Source: Phoronis australis
Lineage: Eukaryota > Animalia > Phoronida
Assembly (NCBI GenBank): GCA_002633005.1
Contig: NMRA01001037.1
Coordinates: forward strand, 1,653 to 65,652
Direction: 5' to 3'
DNA: 64,000 nt
This document shows, piece by piece, positions 26,062-38,788 of this stretch (positions are counted from its first letter, which is position 1; the number at the start of each line of letters is the position of its first letter). The position numbers were made by a program, and so were the translations under genes. The notes beneath the pieces are model-generated. The model searched no databases. It was not told where the DNA came from and worked only from the letters and a program-made list of their open reading frames with translations.

Positions 26062-27602
26062 CTTAAACAAAAGATAAAGATCCGATGTTATGTTTATTTA
26101 AAATGTTTAGTACGCTGTAAGTGGTTGGGGTGTAATTGGAGCCAATCGCCTACATTTTTGCTTAAAAATAATTTGTTTTTAAACTCAACGTGATCGTCTT
26201 TACGACTCAGTTGAAAGAAAATGAAGTCCATTTCTCTCTTTCTTCAACAGGGGGTGAGATATGACAAGTTGGGCTATCTTCATAACCACGTGATGAACCG
26301 TGTGCCAATACTAATCTCCTAATACATGGATATTGGCAACTACCGAGCGTTCGACCTGTGATGAAACTTGGCACATTCCAGCGCCCTCGAGTCCAGAGGG
26401 AGAAACAATCTTTTATCACAGGCCAAAGCACTCTTACCTCGAAGCAGAACCTTATCACTTTCCACAAATCACTTTCCGCAAATAGCATAAACTGCGCACG
26501 AATAGCTTACCGAGAACCACAACCACACAACGCCACCCTTACCACGGGCAAATACGACAGTATGCTCAATGGTCACCAGAAGGTCCTACCATATAATCTG
26601 AAAGGTAAATCTTTCGTGTTTGGCGTCAGCGAATCGTATGAAGAGATGCGTGTTTTTCGAAGTCAATGCTTCGTGTAAAGTTTATATTTACATCAAAATC
26701 GTTAATTTTTCTGCCAGAGAGTGTCAGCGTGCGTATTAAGGTTGTGTGCTTTGACGCTCAGGGTGCTCTGGTTTGTGACGCCATTCTATCCCCGAGCGTA
26801 ACGGTGACACGAGTGCATATTATGTCGCGACTTTTCAACAAAACACATACAGTCTTCGTGAAGTATGAGAAGAAAATTTGTAGTGAAGCCTATCTGGTAT
26901 TCGCCATTTCGCCATGGAATGCCCCGAAAGTTCGAGTCACTTTCGTTACAAGTATGTGAAACAAAACATAAAAACTGGTGAGCGCAAGTCGACCACTTGT
27001 GATAAGAGTGCCAGTGTGCGGTCCGTGGTAAGAGTTTGTGTCACGATGCTCCTTTGTTATCTTGGCTAAAATTATATTCACAATGCCACTCATTATTTTC
27101 AGTTACCCTGACAAAAAGTTCTTAATCGTGCATGTACACGAAAATCCCAGTCTTGTCAGCCGTCTACCTAGAATTGGTGTTTGTTTGAAAGCGCAAGTAT
27201 CTGTCTAAAACATGATTGGGGAAAATAACATGTACAAGGAAAAATTGCGTTACTCAAAATAGCAGAGCATGAACAAAAAATGACCGTCGCCTCTCGTACT
27301 GGAGATTTTTCAATAGATGGCGGCATGAACCGAAACTGGGTTACATTCGGTGCGCTGGTCAACTGGCTAAGAAATTTAATAGGTTTGCAAGAACCAGTCA
27401 TTGGGTTCACCTGGCCGAGTGAATCAAGTGTTATTACTACATTGAGTAGAGTCTGAACTCCATGCACTTAACTTTTTCATCGGTATAAACCTCTACTACA
27501 TGAAAAAACACACACAGTGAAATGAAGACAAACCCAGAAATCGCTGAACCAATCAAATGTTCCGGGGAGATGGACTGGGTTATTAGAAAGCAATACACCT
27601 AC

Positions 27603-27813
27603 TAGACATGGTTCCTCCCACAGCCAGCCCCTGTACGGCGTAAACGGCGCTCAGCACATCGGCAGCACGCGCCCATGGCGTAATAATGACACAGCTGCCG
27701 TAAAACAACGTCGTCACAGCTAGCGCCACGTCGTCATAGTGCGGGAATCGGTCCAAAAAGAACCCAGTCAAGAGTGACCCAACTGCTCGGCATGGATGTA
27801 ACAAAGACACGGC
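27603..27813 (-). CDS. MFS transporter copy C, exon 3
   Basis: 211-nt exon AVSLLHPCRAVGSLLTGFFLDRFP...GGTMS with a GTAGG donor at the position equivalent to copy B. Confidence 0.9.
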
Positions 27814-28540
27814 CTGGAAAAGATGAATAAGTTTTTAACGCGAGTTTTCCCGGAGATCACCAACATATTATTCCAGATCTCCTTTGTTTTCTGTGTCGCA
27901 ATTTCAGAAGAAATGTGCGGACTGCAAGGATTTGGGGGCCTACCGGCATTCGACTGTTCTGATTCCAGCGAAAACAAAACTGACAGGCAGAAACGGCCTT
28001 AGCGTGATTGGCAACAACACAACACTTATAGGCAGGCACCTTCAATTGATAGTAGGTCTATCGACAGCGACTGAATTAACACAAAAACACACGGTGACAC
28101 GTAATTTTGGCCACGTGTCATAAAGCAGAACATTCTGACGCTGTTAAAGTTGTGAAAAAACGTTAAGTACACAACACTACGACTAGATTTCTTTTTTCAC
28201 GGGTTTTACACGGAACCAAAAAGCAAATTTAATTCAATTATTGATCAGCGAATGACATTCTAGTAAACGACAGGCGCACGCTGGAAGAACGCCTGGAGAC
28301 CTCGACGTCACAGACTTCTATGGTCGGTTGGCGGCTAATAACAAGGGTCAGAAACAATAGTTTCCAGAATGGTAAAGCCTAACTATAACGGCGAGAGGTT
28401 TCATCTTCGGTGTCGAGTCGGTTAACAACACTCCATGACTACGAGGACCACAGTGTAACCCGTTCTGTTCTGGTCACGGCCTGAAAATTTGGACAAGAAT
28501 TGTTTATTTTGTATACTCTTGAAATATTGAAAAGCGTTAA

Positions 28541-29274
28541 AGGCCTTTCCCACTGGCTCCGAAGCTTCGGTCAATAGGAACATTTAATTTCGGTCTTGAA
28601 TCGAAGTTAACAGCGCGAGTTAATTCTGGACTACTAAAGAGATGTATTTAAAATGACACTAAACCCTCACCTCTCAGTCACCTGCGAATGCGTCATTGGC
28701 TTCAATCGGTATGAATCAACTAAAAACTCATCCCTCCCACATCTCACAAATTGTAAATTATGCTCCTTGGTGGGTGGTCTTTTCCCCACCCTTGCGCGTG
28801 CTATAAGCGTAGGTTACGCTTGCCCGCTTAGCAGATTTTGAACGGAGTTTTCAAATTTTCCTCCAAATATTTAGCATTGTCGAGGGTTACAGAGAATTAT
28901 TTTATTCCAGAGAACTTGATGGGAAAGCCGATTTGAGTATATTTTAATGGGCCAAAGCTGGGTTTGGTAACGTTTTAACAGTGAAGCGTCGACGCTTCGC
29001 TACAACGGAAAACTTAACGACAATGCTATCGGAGTCATCGGCAGGGGTCACTGCCTACGCTTGTCAAAAGCGGGCGGTGATTGATTGATATTATTTGTTG
29101 ATATTTTGTTATGATGTTGATTATTTTGACAGTATAAGCATTCTCTTTCAATTTAGCCATGTGTTTGCTGGATTCTTTGCATTAAAAAGTCACTGAACGT
29201 ATGGCGTACATGTACAGTTAACATCGAAGCTTATAATTCGATATTAGCGGAGTAAGCTGCATGGGAAAGGACCT
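28541..29274. mobile_element. Non-autonomous TIR element flanked by TTAA (Kolobok- or Harbinger-like)
   Basis: TTAA|AGGCCTTTCCCA...TGGGAAAGGACCT|TTAA. Confidence 0.65.
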
Positions 29275-30088
29275 TTAATTATTTTTTCTGGGGTAGAAAA
29301 TCGTGTGAACGTTGTCTATAGAGTTTTTAATAAATAGGCTTTATTTTACGTAACAGGCCTCCGGCGTTACAAACATGTAAAACATANAATGCGTCATTGG
29401 CGTCAATCGGTATGAATCAAATAAAATCTCACCCCTCCCACATCCCACAAATTCTGAATTATGGTCCTTGGCGGGTGGCCTTTTCCCCACCCTTGCGCGT
29501 GCTATAAGCGTGGGTTACGCTTGCCCGCTTAGCAGACTTTGAACGGAGTTTTCAAATTTTCCTCCAAATATTTAGCATTGCCGAGGGTTACAGAGAATTA
29601 TTTTATTCCAGAGAACTTGATGGGAAAGCCGATTTGAGTATATTTTAATGGGCCAAAGCTGGGTTTGGTAACGTTTTAACAGTGAAGCGTCGACGCTTCG
29701 CTACAACGGAAAAACTTAACGACAATGCTATCGGAGTCATCGGCAGGGGTCACTGCCTACGCTTGTCAAAAGCGGGCGGTGATTGATTGATATTATTTGT
29801 TAATATTTTGTTATTATGTTGATTATTTTGACAGTATAGGCATTCTCTTTCAATTTAGCCATGTGTTTGCTGGATTCTTTGCATTAAAAAGTCACTGAAC
29901 GGAGGGCGCACATGTACAGTTAACATCGAAGCTTATAACTCGATATTAGCGGAGTAAGCTGCATGGGAAAGGACCTTTAATTATTTTTTCTGGGGTAGAA
30001 AATCGTGTGAACGTTGTCTATAGAGTTTTTAATAAATAGGCTTTATTTTACGTAACAGGCCTCCGGCGTTACAAACATGTAAAACATA
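28687..30088. repeat. ~700-bp direct duplication joined by one N (28687-29386 and 29388-30088); probable uncollapsed haplotypes
   Basis: Near-identical copies with scattered SNPs meet exactly at n29387. Confidence 0.9.
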
Positions 30089-30607
30089 GAGAGTACAGAG
30101 TATCTGAACCAAATTTAACTCATTTAAAGAAACTCATTAGGGCGCTATTCGACATTTATCCAATTATTCTCAAAGTATTTGAGTCATAAGTCTTGAGAAA
30201 ATTGATGAATACTGTATCGTCCACTTCCTCAAATCTAGGTAAAAAGTTACGCACGTCAATCTGAATAAAATTATACTCTTTGATTACACACATTTCTTGG
30301 CACGCCGCCAACTGTGTTTTCGAATCAGTACCGAGTCGTGTTAACAGGACCTTATGTATCTTATATTGGGTGACAAAGTCCTCGGTGGATTTGTTTACCT
30401 TTGAGTGACCCGCTGTTCATGTAGAAGATACGTGGTTATCCATGTGGGCTAAATTAAAAACTCTTAGTGCAAGCAGACTGGGAGAAACTTTCTAAGAAAT
30501 GGGACACCAAGGAAAAAGCCCCAGTCTGGCCAAAGATACGTCAATAAAAAGAAAATGTCCCACGAACATTTTGTACCGTACGTGGGAAATCACTGTTGTA
30601 GCCCTAC

Positions 30608-30688
30608 CTGCGACATGCCTTCGTAGTTGGTATTCACTCTCTCAATCAGGTCAATCATCGTAGTACCCAAAATTTTTGTGGACATACC
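30608..30688 (-). CDS. MFS transporter copy C, exon 2
   Basis: 81-nt AG/GT exon GMSTKILGTTMIDLIERVNTNYEGMSQ. Confidence 0.88.
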
Positions 30689-32253
30689 CTGAAAAACATT
30701 TCATCAAAAAATTATCATTTCACCCGTCGCACATCCCCGACCTTTAGGGCCAAAGGTCAATTTCTTGACATCGTGATGCCTTACGTTCGTCAAGAGTGAT
30801 GCAATTTTAGTTATATCACACGTTTTCAATTAAAATCGAAATAATTTGAGATTCTCTGTTACCTTGTTACTCAGTACTTCCAATCGAACTTTTAAAACCC
30901 AGTTATTACGTCCGTCGCAACCACAAAAATATACATAGTTGTTGCTTTTATTTCGTAGACTTGCAGAAAATAAAATGTGTTTTACACATAAGAATCTAAA
31001 ATGATAAAATGTCACAGAACTGTGACAGTAATCACAGCAAGTCAAAAAGTCAATACGAAAATAAATTGAATTTTCTGGACTATCTCAGTTAGGAAAACAT
31101 CCTACGTCGTGTTAGCCGCGCCCTCTTTCGTTCTGACAGCCACTCAATGCTGATAACATTTCAATCTTGCAATAAACAAGCGTTTCGTTTGTTTGGTATT
31201 TAGTTCGATCTTTTCGACCTACCGGCGATATGTTTTATCAATTTTAAACAGAATTGTAGGTTGTAAAGTTTTGCTTTACCTCTTAAGTTAGACGTGCTGA
31301 AGAGTTAACCTGTGTAGATCTATTACATGTAGGGCTTACATGTACCCAGCATAGGATTAGCTGAGGCTATGAATTCACACAAAAAGCAAATCTGTGGAAT
31401 TTGATTTAAAATCATTTGTTTCATTACACTAATTTCAATGAATTACAAAAGGCCAATGTAACTTAAGTACCGAAGTGATATCTTAGTCACAGTAAATTAT
31501 TATTATAATTATTATAGCTATGTTAGACATTCAGACTGACGAACGTCCGTCACACTCACGCAATTTACTTATCAATTTTTGTCAAATTTTTAGAAGTATC
31601 AAAATATGTGTTATACTTCAAACAAACAATCCACGCATTATAAATTGTAATCTTTTACAATTCATGGATAGTAATAGCAACAAAGGAATTTTCAAAAATT
31701 TACCTGCGTGCGCTTTAAAGGCAGCTTTCCTAGAGAAAAGACAACACGCATCGAACGACGTCAGTAAAACCTAACAATTTCTAATTTGAAGCATTTTCCC
31801 TGATTGTACCTCCGCCATAAAAAGATTTGACCGTAGTACAATAGGGCTTGAAGCTAACACTGTTCTCGCAGAGGATAGATTTTCTGATGAGACGGGCACT
31901 GGCAGCCCCAAAAATGAAGATGGACGAGAAACTGGAAGGACGAGGTTGTGAAGTTAAGTCATTGCTTGTCAGTACACCATTTAGATATTGCATTAAATAT
32001 CAACAGCAACACCACATCAATTGTGCCGAATGAGGGTCGACTCAAATTTTTACGTCTTTGATAGAGTAAATTACTGTGGTGGTAAATCAGATAAAAGCTT
32101 GCGTGTTATACATGTACATACGATGACTGGTGTTGTTGCGCGAGTGGTTTTCACGACGGCAGATATTGTCGCAATCGGAAGATGTCTTCAGGGCGGCAAT
32201 ATAAGTCACAACAGCCCGGTCTGACTGAATTCTCGCGAGAATTGAAAACTTAC

Positions 32254-32433
32254 AATGCAGGCGAAGACTGCAAAGAGAACAGCGGTCTTGACGTAACGAT
32301 ATCTGCTGGAAAGGTGGTAGTTCGCGGTTTCTTTGACTTCGTCTTTTTGTGACGTCGAGTCCTTGATAATGTTTCCATTTATTTCTTCATTCGAATCTAC
32401 CATCGTGTCCGTCGATCTGAAGCTGTCAGCCAT
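32254..32433 (-). CDS. MFS transporter copy C, exon 1 (joined product about 501 aa)
   Basis: MADSFRSTDTM...YRYVKTAVLFAVFACI then GTAAG. Confidence 0.85.
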
Positions 32434-33499
32434 AATGCTTCTGGCGTTCAAACTCGAGGTTTTTACTGCCAATCAAGAGTCAGGTCAAGTGACAGAAAGT
32501 ATAGTTAAGTGCCACACTCATTCGGTAACAAACCAGACTATAGATAAACTTCTCAAAAGAGTAATGGTCTCGTTTTATGAAACTCGGAAGTCTAATCCGT
32601 TGTCACACACATGAAGTGAAAATAAAATGTCGCCGTTTCTGAAATAATATAAAATAAAATAAGAAAAAGCAAATTGATCAGGCTAGACGGATTTCTGATT
32701 TTAATATCCCCACCAACTTCACGGGACCGTAACTAGCATAAATCAATTATACCTGTTTTGGGCGGAAAGACAGCTTAAGAATAGCTATCATAGAGAGGTT
32801 GCTAGCAAATCAACTGGGCTGGGTTGCATAAAACTTTAAAATTATGCGCTGGATAACTTTGATTGTTGCATGAGGTCAGGTGCATTGTTGAACAATAGGC
32901 AAAATGACACGTGATAATGCGATGTCATTGCTGCTATGCAATGTTTAACTTTCATGCAACTGGGCCCTGATGCGCCATCTAATGGCTGCCATGGCAAATA
33001 GAGCAAAAGTGTGTTCACTAGCCGGAGGAGTCTAATTGAAAACTGCGATTTCCAAACGTTGGGTGAGTAAAAACTCCCACATCATGGCGATGGTACCGAG
33101 CAAAGGGCGTTTAAATGTTTTCTCTTTTTCAAAATAATCTTATTTAAATGAGTCCCGTAACTTGGGGCACCCTAGCTGCATTACACTTACGTCAACTACA
33201 AGAACCCTGTATCGTCGATTTCCTCGGTTGGCAAATATAAGCCCTACTTCTGACTTGGAAAAGAGAACGGGGCAAATTTTTCCGTTCATTCGTGTTCGGC
33301 TAGATATCTAACAACAAGGTAATTGTTTGCCATTTGTGGTAATGAAGGCTTGACCGTTTGGGCGAGACCAGTCTCCGCCGGAGTCCCGGCCGGCTACAGT
33401 ACGTGACACATCCCAGCTTCTGCACCGTTCATTAACATGGCACCTGTTGGTGACCTAGGTAACTAAGACACGTTTCATTCTCTTGACTAGTACGCCTGT

Positions 33500-35100
33500 G
33501 GATTCTGTGAAACTTAACATCATCCAAGAGTTCAAGGGATGCCCGCTGTCGTACCCATCGACTGCTTGCCAATCCGAAGGTCATGCCTTGTCTTCGAGCG
33601 TTTTGTTATGCCTGAATTCACTCTCACATGGAGCGAACGTCACGGATTTCAAATTCAAATGTCCGTTTCCTCTGACGTATTCTTCCCAAAACCGGGAACG
33701 TATAGAAAACTTTTCAAGGAAAACTACTTTCTCGGTAATACGCTTCATTATATTTCGTCCGCCAGGGGCGTTCAATGAGTTGCAAAATATATCTGGAAAA
33801 TCACCGGTCGCTAGTGGACAAATATACAGAATGTCTGGACCATTTATGTAAAGTTTGTTTGGCTGGACACAAAAAGACAATGGTGTCAATTAAGAAGCAC
33901 AGGATTTTTGGGGTGCAGTCTATATTAAAAGGAGTGCATTTCCGGGAGATGCGTCGCCGCCATCGCACGCCTTCGTTGTCCAATTCAGTCATCGGCCTAC
34001 GGACAAGACAATAGAGCTGTTTTGTGAATCGTGAAAATTCGATATTTCTAACATATAGGACTCACTTAATTTGCACCAAAATCATAAGATAAGTTAGCCC
34101 TACCGCAAATGGCTGATCGGTGCTGGAGTTCCTCTTAAATTTAGCAGTCTAGGACTGAAGTTTAAACTGACTGAGACGTTCCTCAAAGACCACAATAGCT
34201 ATGGACGTGTGACGAGGAAACGAGTGAGGTGACTAATTTGGTGTCTACATAATTCGGGTAAATTCTCGAGTCTGTTCACGAGCAAACGGAAACAACTCCA
34301 ACGATCATCAAACGGAAAGCAGCGGGCGTACACGGGAAGCTGGAATGCCGTGACCAAGAATGTCAGCAATTACATAGAGAAAAAGTCGGGCACAGTCCGA
34401 GCTACGTCCACGTATTGCTCAGCGCCGGAATTGACATCGAAAAACTGCAGCACTACACCGATATGGTTAACTCAGAGCATGACGCACATTTCGTCACAGG
34501 ACTCGCCGTTCGATTAAATATGCCCCACTCAGTGGCGGATTTAGAGGGGGGCCAAGGGAGCCATGCCCCCCCCCCAAAATTCTCCCAGATTCCATTTGAC
34601 AGTTCGGAGGTGCGAATGTCTGGCTGGCAAAATCCTAGCTAATACTATGCCCTGTCCCCCCCCCAACTCAAAATCCTAGATCCGCCCCTGCCACTTCACC
34701 CTGGAGTCAGTGTGAGCACCTTCCGATCTCTCAAGTGGATCTTGCAGTGATTCACGAGCCGCTTGAGAGAACCACGACAACCATGTTATGGGTGCTCTGA
34801 TAGAGACCATGAACAGATTACCTATTTTCGAACAGCTTCGGCAGCGGTCGGTAATCCAAACCGAGCAGAGGCAGGATCATCCGTCCAAGCTGCAGTGGAT
34901 TAAACTACGACCGCGCGCGCGGCTTGTTCGTAGTCACCGACTCGAGAAAGGTTTCGGACTTCGAAACTCAAGTTTTAATCGGGCCCACGACCACGAGAGG
35001 GCGTCAAATGTGGGTGAAATGGCAACCCTTGGGCAATATTAGCAGTATTTGCAGGAAGCAAATGAGAATGGTGCAACGTTCACCCCACAGTGTCCAGCGA
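33500..35100 (+). pseudogene. Decayed TRIM-type (RING, B-box1, B-box2, coiled coil) E3 ligase pseudogene
   Basis: RING QEFKGCPL../NPKVMPCLRAFCYA*I../FKFKCP (about 33525-33680); B-box1 SCKIYLE..KYTECLDHLCKVCLAGHKK..KHRI (33775-33906); B-box2 IELFCES*KFDISNI*DSLNLHQNHKI (about 34010-34092); coiled-coil-like LLSAGIDIEKLQ. Many stops and frameshifts; 3' boundary uncertain. Confidence 0.75.
34530..34690 (+). mobile_element. MITE family 1 inserted in the TRIM pseudogene, 161 bp
   Basis: CAGTGGCGGATTTAG...CTAGATCCGCCCCTG with exact 5-bp TSD CCACT. Confidence 0.92.
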
Positions 35101-35951
35101 AGCTCTCGGCACATCAAAAGGCTTGGAGGCACCCTCACAGATTTAGAAGAGCTTCATGGGCTTCTCCCAATGTGTATTGGATATGAGTTTCAATGTAAAA
35201 ACTAGATATATTATTGAGGGAAATTAGCGAATTGGTTTTCTTCAGCTGCACTGCTGAGCCACAAACATTAATTAACTTTATGATAGGACAGGTTAGTCTC
35301 AACCTGGCTTAGACGGGCTTATAGCGTTGGGGTTATAAAAGGCCAGAGCACTCCTGGCAGTCTTTATTGAATGTTGTCCACGTCAACGTTCAGCCTCATG
35401 AAATTTTCAATACCCACCAAAACAGAATTCAGTATATGGTTGCGCTACAAAAGTAGGTGACTGATTCAAACCCAGAAAAACAAGTGTTTGAAACAAAAAA
35501 ACGCATGGGTTTAAATACAAAACGTCAATAGGTGTATAATTTGGTCATCTCTCTTCATAGAAAAGGCACAACTCATACAACAAAAGCATCCCTTCACCTC
35601 CTTGTAGATTATTCAACTTCATATAAACAGTTAAAATGGCCACTTTTCAGAAGCCTGCCGCACCAACGCCATACAATGTTGTTTGATATACAGTATCCTC
35701 AACCTCCAGCAAAATCCTTCTTACTGATAAGTTTTCTTGATGAATTTGGAGAAAATTCACTGTTTTACCATAGTTTATCCTGAATTGAAGAACTTTTATC
35801 AGACAATTAACAAAAAATTCCACTGTTCAGCCAAACTTTGTCTTGCGATCCAATGTTTGTCAAGCAAGCAAGCAGTATAGTTCTCCAACACTTTGTTTAG
35901 TCCTTATCTCCATACTGTCATCGCCATGACTACCATCTCCATGGTCACTCA

Positions 35952-36104
35952 CTAGGCCTGCTCCAGCTCCACCAACACACCGTTGCAGTCTTTTGGGTGC
36001 AGAAACATCACAGGCTTGCCATGGGCACCAATTTTTGGCTCGGCGCCAAGCGTTCGGATGTTCTGTGCTTTTAAATCTTTCACGGCTTCTGTGATGTTGT
36101 CAAC
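35952..36104 (-). CDS. MCEE: Methylmalonyl-CoA epimerase, mitochondrial, exon 6 (terminal)
   Basis: VDNITEAVKDLKAQNIRTLGAEPKIGAHGKPVMFLHPKDCNGVLVELEQA*, the characteristic MCEE C-terminus; AG acceptor. Confidence 0.96.
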   Translation of the reverse strand, partial: VDNITEAVKDLKAQNIRTLGAEPKIGAHGKPVMFLHPKDCNGVLVELEQA

Positions 36105-36516
36105 CTTTAAAAAAAGTCGTATACTCAGTCCTCAGGGGAGGCAAACACAGTCTAAGCTCAGTACCATGCGTGACCTAGGGTCGAACTCGCCCTTTTCCAT
36201 AAACTTTTAAAGTTCTGATTTGTTACTTTTCCACAAAACATGCTGCGAAATGATAAGGTTTTGTCACTATTAAATGTTTTAGTAACGATAACTATTTTGT
36301 GTGAACAGAATTTTAAGCCAAAACGTTTTACCTGGAATCTTTTCATTAAAACATTTCACATTATTTTTATATGTTCATGTGTATCCAACTAAAGTCAGTT
36401 CATGCAACACGATTAGCCGGCTCAGGGAAGACTTACTAACCACTTTAAATCCCAAGTTGTGACTATAACAAAAGAGCCCTGATGACTGAGCCAGCTCAAA
36501 CAAAATAATGGATTAT

Positions 36517-36768
36517 CATGCACACACCCAGCCTCAAAAATGGGGTTCGAGTTTTTGAGAATGTGGTCTTTTTACTACGATTCACGGGTACGGTTGAGAG
36601 CTATGAATTGTGCGTTTGCCGAAATCTGTTTGTTCTCGCCTTTTTAGCGGACTTTTGTCTCGTTTTCTACTTTTTTCAATGTTCTGCTTCTCCGAGATCA
36701 TGCCTTGTTGCCCACTTCGACAAATGGGGGGCTCATTTGAGCCTCCCCCCACCCTGGATGCGTGCATG
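36517..36768 (+). mobile_element. MITE family 2 in MCEE intron 5
   Basis: CATGCACACACCCAG...CTGGATGCGTGCATG; flanks ATTAT/ATTGT. Confidence 0.75.
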
Positions 36769-37494
36769 ATTGTCACGGGATATTCCCAGCATGCATCCTA
36801 CAATCAATCCAATGTAGTGGATAAAGTTATTGACAGGATGATGGATATTGCTATTCAACCACGTGAACAAATAGATGCAAAAATTATAAACCACGACTAC
36901 TGGATTTACTATAAAATAAATTTCCCAGTGTTAAAGTTATGTAGGTCCCAAGAAAAATGTCAAAATTTGGCAAACTAATGAACATCATATTTTCCGAAAT
37001 AGCTGATCAGATTCAGATAGACTTTCCGATACTATGCTTTCGCACTGTAATCCAAACCACTGTTTGGAATTGTTTTTGAAATGTTCCAGCTTAGCATGAG
37101 GGACTCTCAAAATAAGACATGATTTTCATGAAAAAACCTAAAGTTGCACAAAACGAAAACAAATGACGTTTAAGAGCTTTTGAGATCTCATCTTGAGGTT
37201 ACGTTATTGAGATCACTGCTATCAATGTACCTTTTTGCGCAATTACATAGAAGAACTTGGTCACGTGACCCAATTAATGACAAATTTTAGTAACAAGTCA
37301 AAAATCAAATTCTACAGGCTTTCCACTTACAGTAAGTGTCTATACTTTGTCTGGGTTAAAATCTACAGTTTTCGTAATATATTGGCAAATACATTGGACT
37401 GGTTTCATTAGTAGTACAGCTGTTAATTGAGTTAGAAATTTAAATAATTAATAATTTTAATTATTAGAGGGACTTAAAAGTTATGGTTTCTTAC

Positions 37495-37581
37495 CTCAAT
37501 ACATATGTGGTGCATACCACCAGACTTGTTTTTCTCCAAGAAGCCTTTGATAGGACTATTATCGCCTAGTGGGTGGAGCAA
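37495..37581 (-). CDS. MCEE: Methylmalonyl-CoA epimerase, exon 5
   Basis: LLHPLGDNSPIKGFLEKNKSGGMHHICIE; TTTCAG/GTAAG boundaries. Confidence 0.96.
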
Positions 37582-37949
37582 CTGAAATACATTTCAGCCA
37601 ATTAGCAACCACACTGACCTAAACGTTAGCAGTTAGATCCGCCTTGATGGTACTGCTTTATTTGCAAACCATCTAAAGAATAACACATTAAAAATGTGGC
37701 AACAGTCGCTTACAGGGGTCGCTCATTTTGAGAACCAGTTTTCTCCACTGAATAATGAACATCAAGTTGGTTCTCGAAATCTGGAACCCCTGTGAGTGAT
37801 GATCATACAAATAAAATTCATTAGCCGTACTGTATGCTAAATAGGTGAAAAAGTGTCGTAAAGTTGATTCCTGGGTTGTGAAGTAAAGCTCAAGTCGGCA
37901 ATTGGGATAAAAACATGTTTTGTGTACTGTACAGCAAAAGGGAAGTGAA

Positions 37950-38490
37950 CATGACAGCGTTTTCCAGTTCAGTGAATTTACCAGATGAAGGGGATTCTGA
38001 GCATCTGATAACATCTAGCTTCTTTGTTAACTGCCATGCAAAGTCTTTTGTCTGTTATGACAACAATCAGGCCAATTATCTACCAGGCTTATTACAGACC
38101 ACGTGTGAACACCGTCAAACCCAGAGTGAATTGGTACATTCAGAAAGAATAGATTATCGTAATTTCGGTTGCAGTTGGGCAATTTTGGCGATTCAAAAAG
38201 TAAACATGATCACTATTAGATGAGGATTTCAGAATTGCTATTGGTTTATGTTCAAATATGTTATAACTTAACTTTTATTTTTAACAGCACAGCCCGGGCA
38301 GGCTAGCTACGATCTTTTTGAAGATTAGAGCAATTATCAAACAAAAGAGAGCTGGCCCTGCAACCATGAATGCCAGAATGGAGTTAATCAGTCGTGTAAG
38401 ATATTGGCTACACGGGTAAACTTCCCAACTTGTTGTTGGGAAAAAGAATCGAACAAGTTGGGAGCAACAGGAAAACGCCATAATGGGTGT
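37950..38490 (+). repeat. Dispersed ~540-bp repeat of unknown class, copy 1 (copy 2 at about 54515-55045)
   Basis: Colinear similarity, e.g. TTATTACAGACCACGTGTGAACAC and AACCATGAATGCCAGAATGGAGTTAATCAGT occur in both copies. Confidence 0.85.
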
Positions 38491-38612
38491 GTTATAGGGG
38501 ATTGTTTCAGGCAGTCTTTTGCGTCTCAAAGTTTATTCCATGTTGGTTTTGAGCTGTGGCTCCATTAATGCTAAATGCTTCATCTCAGACACCCATTATC
38601 ACAACACTAGTC

Positions 38613-38776
38613 TCCATGTGAACACACCGTTGTTGTCCATGTGAACACACCGTTGTTGTCCATGTGAACACACCATAGTTGTCCATGTGAACACACCGTT
38701 GTTGTCCATGTGAACACACCGTTGTTGTCCATGTGAACACACCATAGTTGTCCATGTGAACACACCGTTGTTGTCC
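38613..38776. repeat. 23-bp minisatellite, about 7 copies
   Basis: TCCATGTGAACACACCGTTGTTG repeated; copies 3 and 6 carry the variant CCATAGTTG. Confidence 0.95.
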
Positions 38777-38788
38777 GTATGAACTCAC

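Noticed and set aside
34415-35205. Possible DIRS-type RT remnant
   Set aside because: No RT catalytic motif; better explained as the coiled-coil and C-terminal part of the TRIM pseudogene.
38613-38776. CRISPR-like regular repeats
   Set aside because: Head-to-tail units without unique spacers, in a eukaryotic intron, with no cas genes.
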